From the NCBI GenBank assembly GCA_965524675.1, contig CBERPN010000001.1, forward strand, positions 1-53,815: a stretch of DNA of 53,815 nt, in the 5' to 3' direction. The notes under the pieces are model-generated. The model made no database searches, was not told the DNA's origin, and saw only the letters and a list, made by a program, of their open reading frames with translations. Shown here piece by piece: positions 40,373 to 50,239 of this stretch. Position numbers and translations under genes: made by a program. Numbering within the stretch: the stretch's first letter is position 1; the number at the start of each line of letters is the position of its first letter. This DNA is from an uncultured bacterium (lineage in GTDB: Bacteria; Actinomycetota; Acidimicrobiia; Acidimicrobiales; SHLQ01).

Positions 40373-41614
40373 ATGGCTGAAGCACCCGACGCGTCTGCTG
40401 CCAACGCCATAACAGGAAAGCGGATCGTGCTCGGGGTAAGTGGCGGCATCGCTGCTTACAAAGCAATCGAGGTGCTGCGTCGGCTAGTCAATGCCGGTGC
40501 CCACGCTATTCCCGTCCTAACCAAGGATTCGCTCAACTTTGTTGGGCGCACAACCTTCTCGGCATTGGGGTCTGAGCCAGCTCAGATGGAGCTTTTCGAT
40601 AGCTCGAACCCGATTCCCCACACCCGGCTAGGGCAGGAGGCCGATCTTGTGCTCGTCGCTCCAGCTACGGCCCGTATCATCAGCGATCACCGCACCGGCC
40701 GGTCGGCCGACTTGCTCAGCGCGACCCTGCTCGCAACCGCTGCTCCGGTTGTCATCGCTCCAGCCATGCACACCGAAATGTGGGAGCATCCAGCGGTGGT
40801 GGAGAATCTGGCGGTGCTGCGCGACCGCGGAGTCGTGGTCGTCCCCGCCGAAACGGGCAGACTTGCTGGTGGCGACATTGGCAAGGGCCGCCTTGCCGCT
40901 TCACAAACCATCGTGGCCACCGCCGAAGCGGTACTCGCTGGTGTTCACGGCTCGCTTGCAGGGCAACGACTACTGGTCACCGCCGGCGGCACGCGCGAGC
41001 CGATCGACCCGGTGCGATTCGTTGGTAACCGGTCGTCGGGCAAACAGGGCTACGCAATTGCTGGAGAGGCCATCGCACGTGGTGCCGAGGTGACGCTGAT
41101 TTCAACTGTCGAGCGCGAGCCACCCAATGGCGTCAACCTGGTCAGGGTAGAGACGGCCGAGCAGATGCATCGCGCTGTGCTCGATTTGGTCGAGCACGTC
41201 AATGCGCTGGTGATGGTGGCTGCGGTGGCCGACTTTCGCCCTATCGACGTGGCCGATCAGAAGCTGAAGAAGTCCGGGGGAGTCCCGAATGTGACGCTTG
41301 AGCCGACTAAGGATATTCTGATAGCAGTCGACGCCGTCCGGCGTCCCGATCAGATGATCGTCGGTTTCGCAGCGGAGACGTCAAGCCTTCGCGACAACGC
41401 AGCCGGAAAACTGGCCCGAAAAGGCGTCGACGTGATAGTTGCAAACGATGTGTCCGCTCCTCAGGTCGGCTTCGGGCACGACACTAACGAAGTAATTATC
41501 CTCACAGCCGAGGGTGCTGAGCAGCACGTACCGCTCTCCGACAAATCGGTTGTGGCCCGAGCCGTTCTCGACCACGTTGTGGCCGGACTAGCGGCACGAG
41601 AACCCAAGAACTAG
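40373..41614 (+). CDS. coaBC: bifunctional phosphopantothenoylcysteine decarboxylase / phosphopantothenate-cysteine ligase
   Basis: 413 aa. N-terminal flavoprotein [20 protein letters not shown], and the C-terminal ligase [11 protein letters not shown]. Confidence 0.92.
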   Translation: MAEAPDASAANAITGKRIVLGVSGGIAAYKAIEVLRRLVNAGAHAIPVLTKDSLNFVGRTTFSALGSEPAQMELFDSSNPIPHTRLGQEADLVLVAPATARIISDHRTGRSADLLSATLLATAAPVVIAPAMHTEMWEHPAVVENLAVLRDRGVVVVPAETGRLAGGDIGKGRLAASQTIVATAEAVLAGVHGSLAGQRLLVTAGGTREPIDPVRFVGNRSSGKQGYAIAGEAIARGAEVTLISTVEREPPNGVNLVRVETAEQMHRAVLDLVEHVNALVMVAAVADFRPIDVADQKLKKSGGVPNVTLEPTKDILIAVDAVRRPDQMIVGFAAETSSLRDNAAGKLARKGVDVIVANDVSAPQVGFGHDTNEVIILTAEGAEQHVPLSDKSVVARAVLDHVVAGLAAREPKN

Positions 41615-41631
41615 GACAAGATCAACAAATA

Positions 41632-42831
41632 ATGAGCAACTGGACATTTACCTCTGAATCGGTGACCGAAGGCCACCCCGACAAGATGGCAGACCAGATC
41701 TCCGACTCGATTCTCGACGCGCTTCTCGAACAAGACTCTATGAGCCGTGTCGCTTGTGAGACTCTGGTAACAACCGGTGTCGCTGTGGTCGCAGGGGAAA
41801 TTACTACCAAAGCGTACGTCGACATTCCCTCGATCGTTCGCAACACCATCAAGGACATTGGGTACGACCGGGAATCGTTTGGTTTCGACGGTAACACCTG
41901 TGGTGTCATGGTCACGCTCGACGAGCAATCCGCCGACATCGCACAGGGCGTCGACGACTCTGAAGAGGTGCGTTCGGGCTCGGCTGGCGAGCAAGACGAG
42001 TTCGACAAGCAGGGCGCTGGCGACCAGGGAATGATGTTTGGCTACGCCTGCGAAGAGACCCCCGAGCTGATGCCACAGCCGATTCACCTCGCTCACCGGA
42101 TGGCAGAGCGCCTCGCCGAGGTTCGCAAAGCGGGCACTGTTCCCTATCTTCGCCCCGACGGCAAGACCCAGGTGACTTTCGAATACGAGGACAACAAGCC
42201 GGTCGCCCTCAAAGCGGTGCTGATCTCGAGCCAGCATAATGACGGCATCGATCGCGACACCATGATTCGCCCGGACCTGATCGAACATGTAATTCGCCCA
42301 GTCGTCCCCGAGCGTTTCGCCGATGACGATTACGAGGTCTTCATCAATCCGACCGGCCGGTTCGTAATCGGTGGTCCGGTTGGCGACGCCGGGCTTACCG
42401 GTCGCAAGATTATTGTCGACACCTATGGCGGTTCGGCCCGCCACGGAGGCGGTGCCTTTTCGGGCAAGGATCCCTCGAAGGTGGATCGTTCTGCCGCCTA
42501 CGCAACCCGCTGGGTTGCCAAGAACCTGGTAGCGGCGGGGGCGGCATCGCGCTGTGAAGTACAGGTTGCGTACGCCATTGGTGTTGCCCGGCCGATGTCG
42601 GTTCTGGTCGAAACGTTCGGAACCGAAACCGTCGATCCTGAGAAGCTGAGCGATGCGGTCACCGAAGTATTCGATCTGCGCCCAGCAGCCATTCTTAGCG
42701 ATCTTGACCTCCGTCGCCCGATCTACCGTCGTACCGCCGCATATGGTCATTTCGGCCGCACCGATGGCGAGGGATTCCCTTGGGAGAACACCGACCGAGT
42801 CGCAGATCTTCAGTCAGTTCTGGGGCTCTGA
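41632..42831 (+). CDS. metK: S-adenosylmethionine synthetase
   Basis: 399 aa. [25 protein letters not shown] and [19 protein letters not shown]. Confidence 0.97.
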   Translation: MSNWTFTSESVTEGHPDKMADQISDSILDALLEQDSMSRVACETLVTTGVAVVAGEITTKAYVDIPSIVRNTIKDIGYDRESFGFDGNTCGVMVTLDEQSADIAQGVDDSEEVRSGSAGEQDEFDKQGAGDQGMMFGYACEETPELMPQPIHLAHRMAERLAEVRKAGTVPYLRPDGKTQVTFEYEDNKPVALKAVLISSQHNDGIDRDTMIRPDLIEHVIRPVVPERFADDDYEVFINPTGRFVIGGPVGDAGLTGRKIIVDTYGGSARHGGGAFSGKDPSKVDRSAAYATRWVAKNLVAAGAASRCEVQVAYAIGVARPMSVLVETFGTETVDPEKLSDAVTEVFDLRPAAILSDLDLRRPIYRRTAAYGHFGRTDGEGFPWENTDRVADLQSVLGL

Positions 42832-44633
42832 ACAAACTACCGATAGCCGATCAGGGTCGGCTGATCGAGTTCGAGGACCCGCCAGCGAAGAGCCCGGAAA
42901 GGCCCCCGGGCCGGGTCGTGCGTGTGCTGCCTGACGTCACGGGTATCGATAAGACCTTCGACTACGTGGTTCCCGATAGCTGGAAAGAGCCTCAACGCGA
43001 CTTAGCGGTTGTTGGCTCGATCGTTCGCTTTGACCTCGGTGGTCGACGGCTTCGAGGCTGGATCGTCGCCGATAATGTGGAGCCAGCGAGCGGGGTATCA
43101 CTGCGGGCGCTTACGAAGGTGACCGGACGCGGACCAGGGGCTGACATCGTCGACCTGGCCAACTGGGCTGCCGAGCGTTGGGTCGGCCATCCGAGTCGGC
43201 TCCTGGTAGTCGCTTCGCCAGCAAAAGCGGTGACGCACCTGCCGAGTGTTCGACCTTCGAGCAGCGTGGCGACACAGGCTAGCGAGGTAGAGGCGGCGTT
43301 CTTGGCGCTTCGTTCGGTCGTACGCTTGGCGCCTCGTGGGGAGTCGTTGCCGTATGCGCTGGCAGCGGCTCGGCGCGGCAACGCCCTCATCCTTGTGCCT
43401 AGCGCGGCCCGAGCAATCTGGTTGTCGCGACAGCTCAGCAACGCTGGCGTGCAGGTCGCGTCGATGCCCGATGGCTGGAACCGGGCCGCTGCAGGTGCCA
43501 CCGTGGTGGGTTCTCGTTCGGCCGCGTGGGCTCCCGTCGTCGACCTTGCTGCGGTCGTGGTCTTCGACGAACACGATGAGGTTTACCAGGACGAGCGGAC
43601 ACCCACATGGAGCGCTCGGGACGTGGCGATCGAACGAGCTCGCCGAAGCGGTGCCCCCTGTGTTCTGACGTCGCCTAACCCCTCTTTGGAAGCCCTCGAA
43701 TGGGGCGACCTGCTCGTGCCCGAACGCAACATCGAACGGGCTGGTTGGCCGCGGGTCGAGATCATCGATCGGCGGTCCGACGACAGGGCCCGCACCGGAC
43801 TGTTTTCCGACCCGGTGGTCAGGGCAATTCGCGAGGAAGGGCCCGTTGTGTGTGTCCTCAATCGCAAGGGTCGAGCGCGCCTTCTCGCCTGTTCAGGTTG
43901 TGGCGAACTGGCATTGTGCGAAACCTGCTCGGGGGCACTGGTACAAAATGACGATGACCATCTGCATTGTCGGAGTTGCTCGACCGATCGACCGGTGGTT
44001 TGTATGGCCTGTGGGTCGTCGACGTTTCGGAGGCTTCGGATGGGCGTCACCAGGGCCCGAGAAGAACTCGAGGCATTGGCGGGTCGTCCGGTGGTAGAGG
44101 TCACCGGGACCGATGATTCGCCGCTGAATGGAGCAGACATATTCGTCGGCACCGAGGCGGTGCTCCATCGTGTGCCCCACGCCAAGACTGTGGTCTTTCT
44201 CGACTTCGACCAAGAGCTAGCGGCGTTACGTTACCGCGCGTCCGAACAGGCATTTGGGCTTTTGATTCGCGCCGCCCGGCTACTCGGAGTCCGTTCCGCC
44301 GGTGGGCGTATGTTGATTCAAACCCGCAAACCCGAGCACGAAGTGCTGGTAGCGGCGGCCAAAGCCGACCCGTCCTATCTGAGCGAGGCGGGGCAGCGGC
44401 GGAGACGGTCCTTGCAGCTTCCGCCGTTTTCAGCCATGGCGACGATCTCGGGACAAGCGGCTGCCGAGTTTGTGGACAATCTCGATGATGACGATTCGGT
44501 TCAATTGTTGGGCCCGCTAGATGACCGCTGGCTAGTCAAGGCGCCTGACCACGGCGTGCTAAGCAAATACCTTCGAACTGCAAGCCGACCTTCAGGTCGA
44601 CTAAGAATCGAAGTCGATCCATTGCGAGTCTAG
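42780..44633 (+). CDS. priA: primosomal protein N' (PriA) homologue; start uncertain
   Basis: N-terminal [19 protein letters not shown] 3'-DNA-binding-domain pattern, a DEHD box ([13 protein letters not shown]) and a Cys-rich zinc region (CSGCG...CETC...CRSC...CMACG). The ORF-track TTG at 42780 overlaps metK by 52 nt; GTG at 42918 or 42924 are plausible real starts. Confidence 0.85.
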   Translation: MGEHRPSRRSSVSSGALNKLPIADQGRLIEFEDPPAKSPERPPGRVVRVLPDVTGIDKTFDYVVPDSWKEPQRDLAVVGSIVRFDLGGRRLRGWIVADNVEPASGVSLRALTKVTGRGPGADIVDLANWAAERWVGHPSRLLVVASPAKAVTHLPSVRPSSSVATQASEVEAAFLALRSVVRLAPRGESLPYALAAARRGNALILVPSAARAIWLSRQLSNAGVQVASMPDGWNRAAAGATVVGSRSAAWAPVVDLAAVVVFDEHDEVYQDERTPTWSARDVAIERARRSGAPCVLTSPNPSLEALEWGDLLVPERNIERAGWPRVEIIDRRSDDRARTGLFSDPVVRAIREEGPVVCVLNRKGRARLLACSGCGELALCETCSGALVQNDDDHLHCRSCSTDRPVVCMACGSSTFRRLRMGVTRAREELEALAGRPVVEVTGTDDSPLNGADIFVGTEAVLHRVPHAKTVVFLDFDQELAALRYRASEQAFGLLIRAARLLGVRSAGGRMLIQTRKPEHEVLVAAAKADPSYLSEAGQRRRRSLQLPPFSAMATISGQAAAEFVDNLDDDDSVQLLGPLDDRWLVKAPDHGVLSKYLRTASRPSGRLRIEVDPLRV

Positions 44634-44658
44634 GAAGCACAGGAGGGTTTCGCTTGGT

Positions 44659-45083
44659 GTTGTTTCGGGTCTCCGGGGTGGTGGGTGCCCGTCAGGGTGC
44701 GGACTCAAGTGTTGTGCGTGGCCGCGCCGGGAACCGGTTGGGTCGTGCCAGTGTGGTGGGCGGGGCCTGATTACTGCACTCCGTGCAGGCCGTTCGAGGC
44801 CACGGAGGCCGCCGCGGCGCACTGGAAGCAACTTTGGGCGGCCCGAGCGCGGTAGGGCGGAGGGCGCCAGCCGGAAGCAATCGAGCAGCCCGCCGCGCCA
44901 GCAAGGGCGAGTTCGCAAACCTGAGGGACGTAGCGGAGCGCCGGAGCCGAAGGCGGAGAAAAGCAACATGGCCTGCGTGGCCGGGGAACGCCAGTAAAGT
45001 AGTCCCGTCGCGCTAGTGAGGGCGAGTTCACAAGTTGAAGAGAATTAGCGAAGCGCCGGAGCCGCAGGCGGAGAAAGGCAATA
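44659..45083. repeat. GC-rich modular intergenic repeat, copy B (ggt leader)
   Basis: Same orientation as copy A and aligns from GTTGTTTCGGGTCTCC. Core is 44758..44856. There is an internal duplication at 115-nt offset (44904..44966 vs 45019..45081, 51/63 identical by hand). Ends GAGAAAGGCAATA-ATG at the ggt start. Confidence 0.8.
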
Positions 45084-46640
45084 ATGCCAACTGTTAGAAG
45101 CGAAACTGGAATGGTCTGTTCGGTCGATCGGGCCGCCTCGGCGGTGGGTGTCGAGATTCTGCGTCGCGGCGGGTCCGCTGTCGACGCTGCAATCGCGACC
45201 AACGCTGTTTTGGCCGTTACAACCCAGCACATGTGCGGGCTTGGTGGCGACCTGTTCGCCCTTGTTCACGACGAGACGGGTCCGCCGGCGGTGCTCAATG
45301 CCTCTGGCCGTTCGGGCGCGGGCGCAGATGCCGAGAAGCTTCGAGCCCAAGGCCACAGCGAGATGATCCATAGGGGCGATATCAGCTCGGTCCCTGTGCC
45401 CGGTTGTGTCGATGGTTGGATTGCGTTGCACGACCGCTTTGGTCGTGTTCCGTTCGCCGAGCTGCTCGAGCCGGCGGTACAACTAGCCAGTGAAGGCTTC
45501 GAGGCATCACCGTTGTTAGCCAAAGTTGCTACCACGGTTGCCAACGTCGCAAACAACACCGAGCTGCGAGACATCTCGCAGGGTTCAACCGTCAAGCGCC
45601 CGGGGATCGCTCGAACCCTACGAGCGATCAGCGATTCCGGCCGTGAAGGGTTCTACGGTGGCGAGTTCGGCGAGGCGTTATTGGTGATGGGCGCCGGCGA
45701 GTACTCCGAGGACGATCTTGAACGGGTGGACGCTGAGTGGGTGGAGCCGCTCGGAATCGAGGCGTTCGGACACCGAGTTTGGACGGTGCCGCCCAATTCG
45801 CAGGGCTATCTGAGCCTCGCTGGAGCGTGGATCGCCGAGCGGGTCGGCCTTTCGGTCGACCCGGCTGACCCAGCGTGGGCCCATGTTCTTATCGAGTCGT
45901 CGCGCGCCGCGGCTTTTGATCGCACTTTGGTACTTTCAGACCAAGCCGACGGCCCGACGTTGATTTCGCCCGAGCGCTTGGGCCCTCGCGCCGATCGAAT
46001 CGATGGTACGCAATCGGTCGACTGGGGCGATTCGTACGCCGACGGTGGAACCATCTATCTCTGTGCCACCGATTCTACTGGCATGGGCATCTCGCTCATT
46101 CAGTCGAACTGCAGAGATTTCGGAAGCTACTTGGTAGCTGGCGACACAGGAATCTTCTTGCATAATCGCGGCATTGGGTTCTCGCTCGAACAGGGTCACC
46201 CTGGCGAGTATTTGCCAGGACGTCGACCACCACACACGCTGTCACCTGCACTCGTAACGACCTTTGGCGGGGAATTGCACTCGGTTCTCGGCACCATGGG
46301 TGGAGATGCCCAGCCCCAAGTGGTGTTACAGATGCTGGCGCGGATGCTTCTGACTGAGCAAGACCCAGGAACCATCATCGATAGTGGACGCTTTGTGCTT
46401 CGAAATCGAGATCCGCAGTCCGGGTTCGATACGTGGTCCGACTCTGGCTGCGTCGAGGTCGTGCTGGAAACGACCGTCCCGGTCGGGTGGGCCAGTGATC
46501 TGGCTGGCCGGGGCCATGCCATCGCCGTGCTCGACGGTGTCGGCACCTTTGGCCATGCTCATTGCATCGTCCGCGACGGACTCGGTTGGGCTGGTGCAGC
46601 CGATCCGCGAGCGATAGTTGGAGCAGCCTTGGGCCAATGA
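45084..46640 (+). CDS. ggt: gamma-glutamyltransferase family protein (no obvious signal peptide)
   Basis: 518 aa. GGSAVDAAIATNAVLAVTTQHMCGLGGD, and DGGTIYLCATDSTGMGISLIQSN places the autoprocessing Thr region. Also GTMGGDAQPQ. Confidence 0.85.
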   Translation: MPTVRSETGMVCSVDRAASAVGVEILRRGGSAVDAAIATNAVLAVTTQHMCGLGGDLFALVHDETGPPAVLNASGRSGAGADAEKLRAQGHSEMIHRGDISSVPVPGCVDGWIALHDRFGRVPFAELLEPAVQLASEGFEASPLLAKVATTVANVANNTELRDISQGSTVKRPGIARTLRAISDSGREGFYGGEFGEALLVMGAGEYSEDDLERVDAEWVEPLGIEAFGHRVWTVPPNSQGYLSLAGAWIAERVGLSVDPADPAWAHVLIESSRAAAFDRTLVLSDQADGPTLISPERLGPRADRIDGTQSVDWGDSYADGGTIYLCATDSTGMGISLIQSNCRDFGSYLVAGDTGIFLHNRGIGFSLEQGHPGEYLPGRRPPHTLSPALVTTFGGELHSVLGTMGGDAQPQVVLQMLARMLLTEQDPGTIIDSGRFVLRNRDPQSGFDTWSDSGCVEVVLETTVPVGWASDLAGRGHAIAVLDGVGTFGHAHCIVRDGLGWAGAADPRAIVGAALGQ

Positions 46641-46672
46641 TGCTCGTAAACCGGTGACTTGCCCGTCGTGGC

Positions 46673-47305
46673 GTGCTGCAGCGCGCTAGCTTAGAGCAAA
46701 TGGCTGAGAACTTCCCCGACCAGCGAGCGTCTGAGATCGTCGCGATCTCGGCCGATCAACTCGAGCGGCGGGTAGCGGAACGGATAACCGCGGCCCTCGA
46801 GGTATTGCCGAGAGCTCTCGCTACCTCTTGTTATGGCCTGAGTTTGGTGCTGCATGAAAACGAATCCGATCCGGCAAGGTTCCGTGTCGATGTTCGACTT
46901 AACACCGAAGCTCAGGTTGCCGGAATCATGTACGAGGGCGTAGCACCTGACGAGGCGCGATGGTCGCTCGACCATTGGGTCGACGTGGTCTTGTGGGACC
47001 TCGATGCAACCAACCCAATGGGCGATATCGAACGCCAACTCAACGGTTGGTTGTCGGCCGAGCGTCGGTTGCACGGCGAGCTCGTCGGCGAGCAAGGACG
47101 GCGCTTCGTGCACCGGATTCGTGAAGTCTTGGGTCGGGTCGGGGCGATTCTTCACGACAGCGGCTCGATCGAACGGGTATTCGGCCGCTCGGTGCCCGTA
47201 ATAGTGCAGGGACCCGAGTCCGGCCCCTGGGCAAAGGAAATAACGGCGCACGCGAACCCGTGGGCCTCAAAAACCGAGCGACGAAAGTGGTTCGCAGCAG
47301 CCTGA
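46673..47305 (+). CDS. hypothetical protein
   Basis: 210-aa ORF with coding-like composition and no recognisable motifs. ATG at 46700 is an alternative start. Confidence 0.4.
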   Translation: MLQRASLEQMAENFPDQRASEIVAISADQLERRVAERITAALEVLPRALATSCYGLSLVLHENESDPARFRVDVRLNTEAQVAGIMYEGVAPDEARWSLDHWVDVVLWDLDATNPMGDIERQLNGWLSAERRLHGELVGEQGRRFVHRIREVLGRVGAILHDSGSIERVFGRSVPVIVQGPESGPWAKEITAHANPWASKTERRKWFAAA

Positions 47306-47425
47306 CCGCCTGTATCTCCGATGACTCGGCGGAGTTCTAGTAGTTGGGTTGGCGCGCTGAGAGTGGTTCTCGCTCTTCTTAGCGTGCCAGATTTCTCGCC
47401 CCGAGGGTGGCGTTGCCGATAGATA

Positions 47426-48388
47426 ATGGTGGGGATGAGCGCACACGATCACCAAGACGCCGGACATAGTCACGGACCAAGCCTCGCCCACGCTGGCGCG
47501 CGCCATCGCAAGCGACTGCTCGTCGCATTCTTGATAATTGGCGGCTTCTTCATCGTCGAAGCGATCGCCGGGGTGATCAGCGGGTCGCTCGCACTATTGT
47601 CCGATGCTGGTCACATGCTCACCGATGTGGTGGGTTTGGGAATGGCGTTGGCAGCGATCCAGTTGGCGGTACGCCACAGCGAACAGAGCGATTCGGGGAC
47701 CGCACCCAAGCACCACACCTTTGGGCTCTACCGGCTCGAAATCCTTGCGGCATTCGTCAACTCGTTACTGCTCTTTGGAGTGGCGTTCTATGTGCTCTAC
47801 GAAGCGATCGTCAGACTGGTAGGCGACGGGCGCGAGGTTCTTGGTACCACGATGCTTGTCGTCGCTGCGCTCGGCCTTTTAGCCAATATCGTGGTTTTCT
47901 TGATCCTTCGCGAGGGCTCATCGGAAAGCCTCAACGTAGAGGCTGCATACCTTGAGGTTGTGGCCGACACGCTCGGATCGGTAGCGGTCATCGTCGCGGC
48001 GGTGATCTACATGCTCACGGGCTGGACTTGGGTCGACCCGGTGTTCGGTGCGGTGATCGGGCTATGGATTCTTCCGCGAACGTTCCGGCTCGGTAGGCGA
48101 GCGGTTCGTATCCTGCTGCAATCGGCGCCCGCCCATATCGACATCGAGCAACTTGAAGCCGATCTCGAATCGATACCTGACGTTGTCAACGTCCACGACC
48201 TACACGTGTGGACACTGACATCGCAGATGGAGTCGGTCTCCGCGCACCTGACCGCGGCCGAGGAGTCCGACCATCACGCAATCCTCGACCAGGCCAGACA
48301 ATTGCTGGCAGAGACATATTCAATCGGGCACGCAACCTTTCAGGTCGAGCCAGAATCGCACGTTGGTTGCAACGATATCGATTGGTAA
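47426..48388 (+). CDS. cation diffusion facilitator family transporter (CzcD/ZitB-like)
   Basis: 320 aa. His-rich N-terminus (HDHQDAGHSHG), six TM helices with SDAGHMLTD and EVVADTLGS metal-site motifs, and a C-terminal cytoplasmic domain (VHDLHVWTL). Confidence 0.88.
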   Translation: MVGMSAHDHQDAGHSHGPSLAHAGARHRKRLLVAFLIIGGFFIVEAIAGVISGSLALLSDAGHMLTDVVGLGMALAAIQLAVRHSEQSDSGTAPKHHTFGLYRLEILAAFVNSLLLFGVAFYVLYEAIVRLVGDGREVLGTTMLVVAALGLLANIVVFLILREGSSESLNVEAAYLEVVADTLGSVAVIVAAVIYMLTGWTWVDPVFGAVIGLWILPRTFRLGRRAVRILLQSAPAHIDIEQLEADLESIPDVVNVHDLHVWTLTSQMESVSAHLTAAEESDHHAILDQARQLLAETYSIGHATFQVEPESHVGCNDIDW

Positions 48389-48401
48389 AGGCTTGGGTTA
48401 C

Positions 48402-48929
48402 TCAACCGTTGTTGAGGGCTTGCCGGCGGGCCTCGTACATCGCGATTGCAGCCGCGGTGGCTACGTTGAGCGATCCGATCTTGCCCAGTTGGGGCAAAAA
48501 GGCCACCCGGTCGGCAGCGTCAAGGGTGGCCGAGCTAATCCCTCGGTCTTCGTGGCCCAGAATCAGACATGTTGGGGGAGCGAGGTCGATCCGATCGAGT
48601 GGCGTTGCCCGGTCGGTCAACTCTATTGCCACGGTCTGAAATCCTGCCGATGACACAAGAGCGAGCGCCTCAGCGGCGGTCTCGCACGCGGTCCACTGGA
48701 CAAACCGTTCGGAGCCAAGCGCAGTCTTGCCGACTTTGGGGTTGGTGGGCAGGGTATCGGTTGCCACAATCCAGAGATGCTCGACCCGGTAAGCGGCGGC
48801 GGTTCTCAAAATCGAACCAAGGTTGAAGGGTCCCTGGACCCCTTCGACCAGTTGTGCCAGGCGGGCATCGGTTTTTCGGCGCCACTCGCGATGCAGCCGT
48901 TTCATAGCCGTGCCGTCAAGTTGTTTCAT
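48402..48929 (-). CDS. SpoU/TrmH-family RNA 2'-O-methyltransferase
   Basis: NLGSILRTAAAY, LILGHEDRGIS and IPQ-like LPQLGKIGSLNVATAAAIAMYE motifs. ATG at 48929 follows GGAGG with 4-nt spacing and is preferred to the ORF-track TTG at 48965. Confidence 0.8.
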   Translation of the reverse strand: MKQLDGTAMKRLHREWRRKTDARLAQLVEGVQGPFNLGSILRTAAAYRVEHLWIVATDTLPTNPKVGKTALGSERFVQWTACETAAEALALVSSAGFQTVAIELTDRATPLDRIDLAPPTCLILGHEDRGISSATLDAADRVAFLPQLGKIGSLNVATAAAIAMYEARRQALNNG

Positions 48930-48963
48930 AGCACCTCCGCGAATAGTGACCATCCGGACACCC

Positions 48964-49017
48964 AAAAACCCTTCTGCCAGCGAGGATCGCCCCTATAGGG
49001 GCGTTTTTAGGTGGCAG
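48964..49017 (-). terminator. intrinsic-terminator-like nested hairpin (potentially bidirectional)
   Basis: Inner hairpin CGCCCC-TATA-GGGGCG (48988..49003) is followed by TTTTT (49004..49008) on the plus strand. Outer stem CTGCCA/TGGCAG (48974..48979 / 49012..49017) is followed by AAGGGTTTTT when read on the minus strand. Lies just downstream of the minus-strand methyltransferase gene. Confidence 0.5.
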
Positions 49018-49025
49018 AACGAGGT

Positions 49026-49664
49026 TCACTTGCGGGCTCCTACTTCGATGATCCGGTAGGCCTTGCGCGAGCTGAGTTTTGAGGCGGGCCAGCCTTGTGC
49101 ACTCAACCATTTGATCAATGAGTCGCTTCCGAGGTGCTTTTGTACCACGAGAAATGCGAGCCCGTCGCTGGTAAGTCGATCGAGCCAGGTCACTAACAGG
49201 TCGTGCAGCGCAGCTTTGCCAATACGAATTGGTGGGTTCGAGTAGATGCGATCGAAGCGAATGTCGTCTGGAACATCGCCGGGCAGCCTGATCTCGAGGT
49301 TGTCGATAGCGGATTTCAGAGCGTTTCTGCGGCAGAGTTCGAGCGCTCGTTCATTGACATCGATCGCCCACACGGTCGAGTCTGGCGCGCGGAGCGCCAG
49401 GGTGCAGGCGATGGCGCCGTAGCCGCAACCGAGGTCGAGAACCCTTGTATTCCCGGGCGGTGGGTGCGGTGCTTCCAGGAGCAGGTACTTGGTTCCAGCA
49501 TCGATTCGATCACTTGCGAATACACCCCGATCAGCGGTGAGCTGAAGGTAAACGTCGGGCAACGACAATTCGAGGGTCCGTGGCTTCGAATCGCTGGACG
49601 GCTTCGCCGCGAAATAGTGACTACTAGCTGGCGCATCGTTTGGCTCTTGGCTCGGATTGGGCAC
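49026..49664 (-). CDS. class I SAM-dependent methyltransferase (RsmC/RlmG small-domain type)
   Basis: 212 aa. Motif I VLDLGCGYGAI and motif IV YSNPPIRIG (NPP[IVF]), typical of m2G rRNA methyltransferases. GTG start. Confidence 0.7.
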   Translation of the reverse strand: MPNPSQEPNDAPASSHYFAAKPSSDSKPRTLELSLPDVYLQLTADRGVFASDRIDAGTKYLLLEAPHPPPGNTRVLDLGCGYGAIACTLALRAPDSTVWAIDVNERALELCRRNALKSAIDNLEIRLPGDVPDDIRFDRIYSNPPIRIGKAALHDLLVTWLDRLTSDGLAFLVVQKHLGSDSLIKWLSAQGWPASKLSSRKAYRIIEVGARK

Positions 49665-49687
49665 TCCGGTGACGGTAGCCTGAGAAG

Positions 49688-50227
49688 ATGGCGCGTTACT
49701 CCATCAGGTATATCGGCGACCCCGTGTTGCGCGAAACCGCAAAGCAGGTCGACAACATCGACGGCAAGCTCGCGAAACTGGCGCGCGACATGTTTCCCGT
49801 AATGTACGACGCCCCTGGGATCGGGCTTGCGGCGCCCCAGGTAGGTGTGAATAAGCGGATGTTTATCTTCGATTTCGGTGATGGTCCGGGGGTCATCATC
49901 AATCCCGAGATTGTAGAAACCGATGGTGAATGGGTCTATGAGGAGGGTTGTCTTTCGGTGCCCGGTCTTTCGTGGGACATCACCCGACCAAAGCAGATTC
50001 ATCTAGTCGGCCGAGACATCGATGGCGAGGAGATCTCCATCGAAGCCGACGATCTCGAAGCCCGCCTGTTCCAACACGAACTCGATCATCTAGAGGGGAT
50101 CCTGCTAGTCGAGCACCTCGACGACGAGACTCGCAAAGAGGCGATGAAGACAATTCGAGAGCTCGATTTCGCCGCTATGAACGAAAAGAAGCGTTCAACT
50201 ATTTTCGGCGATCTTTCTCTTCCGTAG
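49688..50227 (+). CDS. def: peptide deformylase
   Basis: 179 aa. GIGLAAPQVG, EGCLSVPG and QHELDHLEG motifs. Confidence 0.95.
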   Translation: MARYSIRYIGDPVLRETAKQVDNIDGKLAKLARDMFPVMYDAPGIGLAAPQVGVNKRMFIFDFGDGPGVIINPEIVETDGEWVYEEGCLSVPGLSWDITRPKQIHLVGRDIDGEEISIEADDLEARLFQHELDHLEGILLVEHLDDETRKEAMKTIRELDFAAMNEKKRSTIFGDLSLP

Positions 50228-50239
50228 GCTGGGAATAGT

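Noticed and set aside
41615-41631. Possible SAM riboswitch upstream of metK
   Set aside because: Only 17 nt separate the coaBC stop from the metK ATG, which leaves no room for a riboswitch. metK appears translationally linked to coaBC.
41611-42750. 379-aa ORF antisense to metK. Similar long antisense or out-of-frame ORFs occur at 10162..11097 (glpX), 18096..18905 (alaS), 20683..21480 (aroE), 30702..31358 (pyrC/carA), 32719..33420 (carB), 49316..50002 (methyltransferase/def) and 7740..8441 (out of frame within atpD)
   Set aside because: All overlap strongly supported conserved genes and have Arg/Ser/Pro/Ala-rich compositions with no motifs. Such long open frames opposite or offset from real genes are expected in GC-rich DNA.
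47306-47425. Possible metal-responsive operator or terminator upstream of the CDF transporter gene (CCGCC...GGCGG and GAGA...TCTC short inverted repeats)
   Set aside because: The stems are only 4-5 bp with long loops, with no clear dyad of the 12-2-12 ArsR/SmtB type. This is too weak to call.
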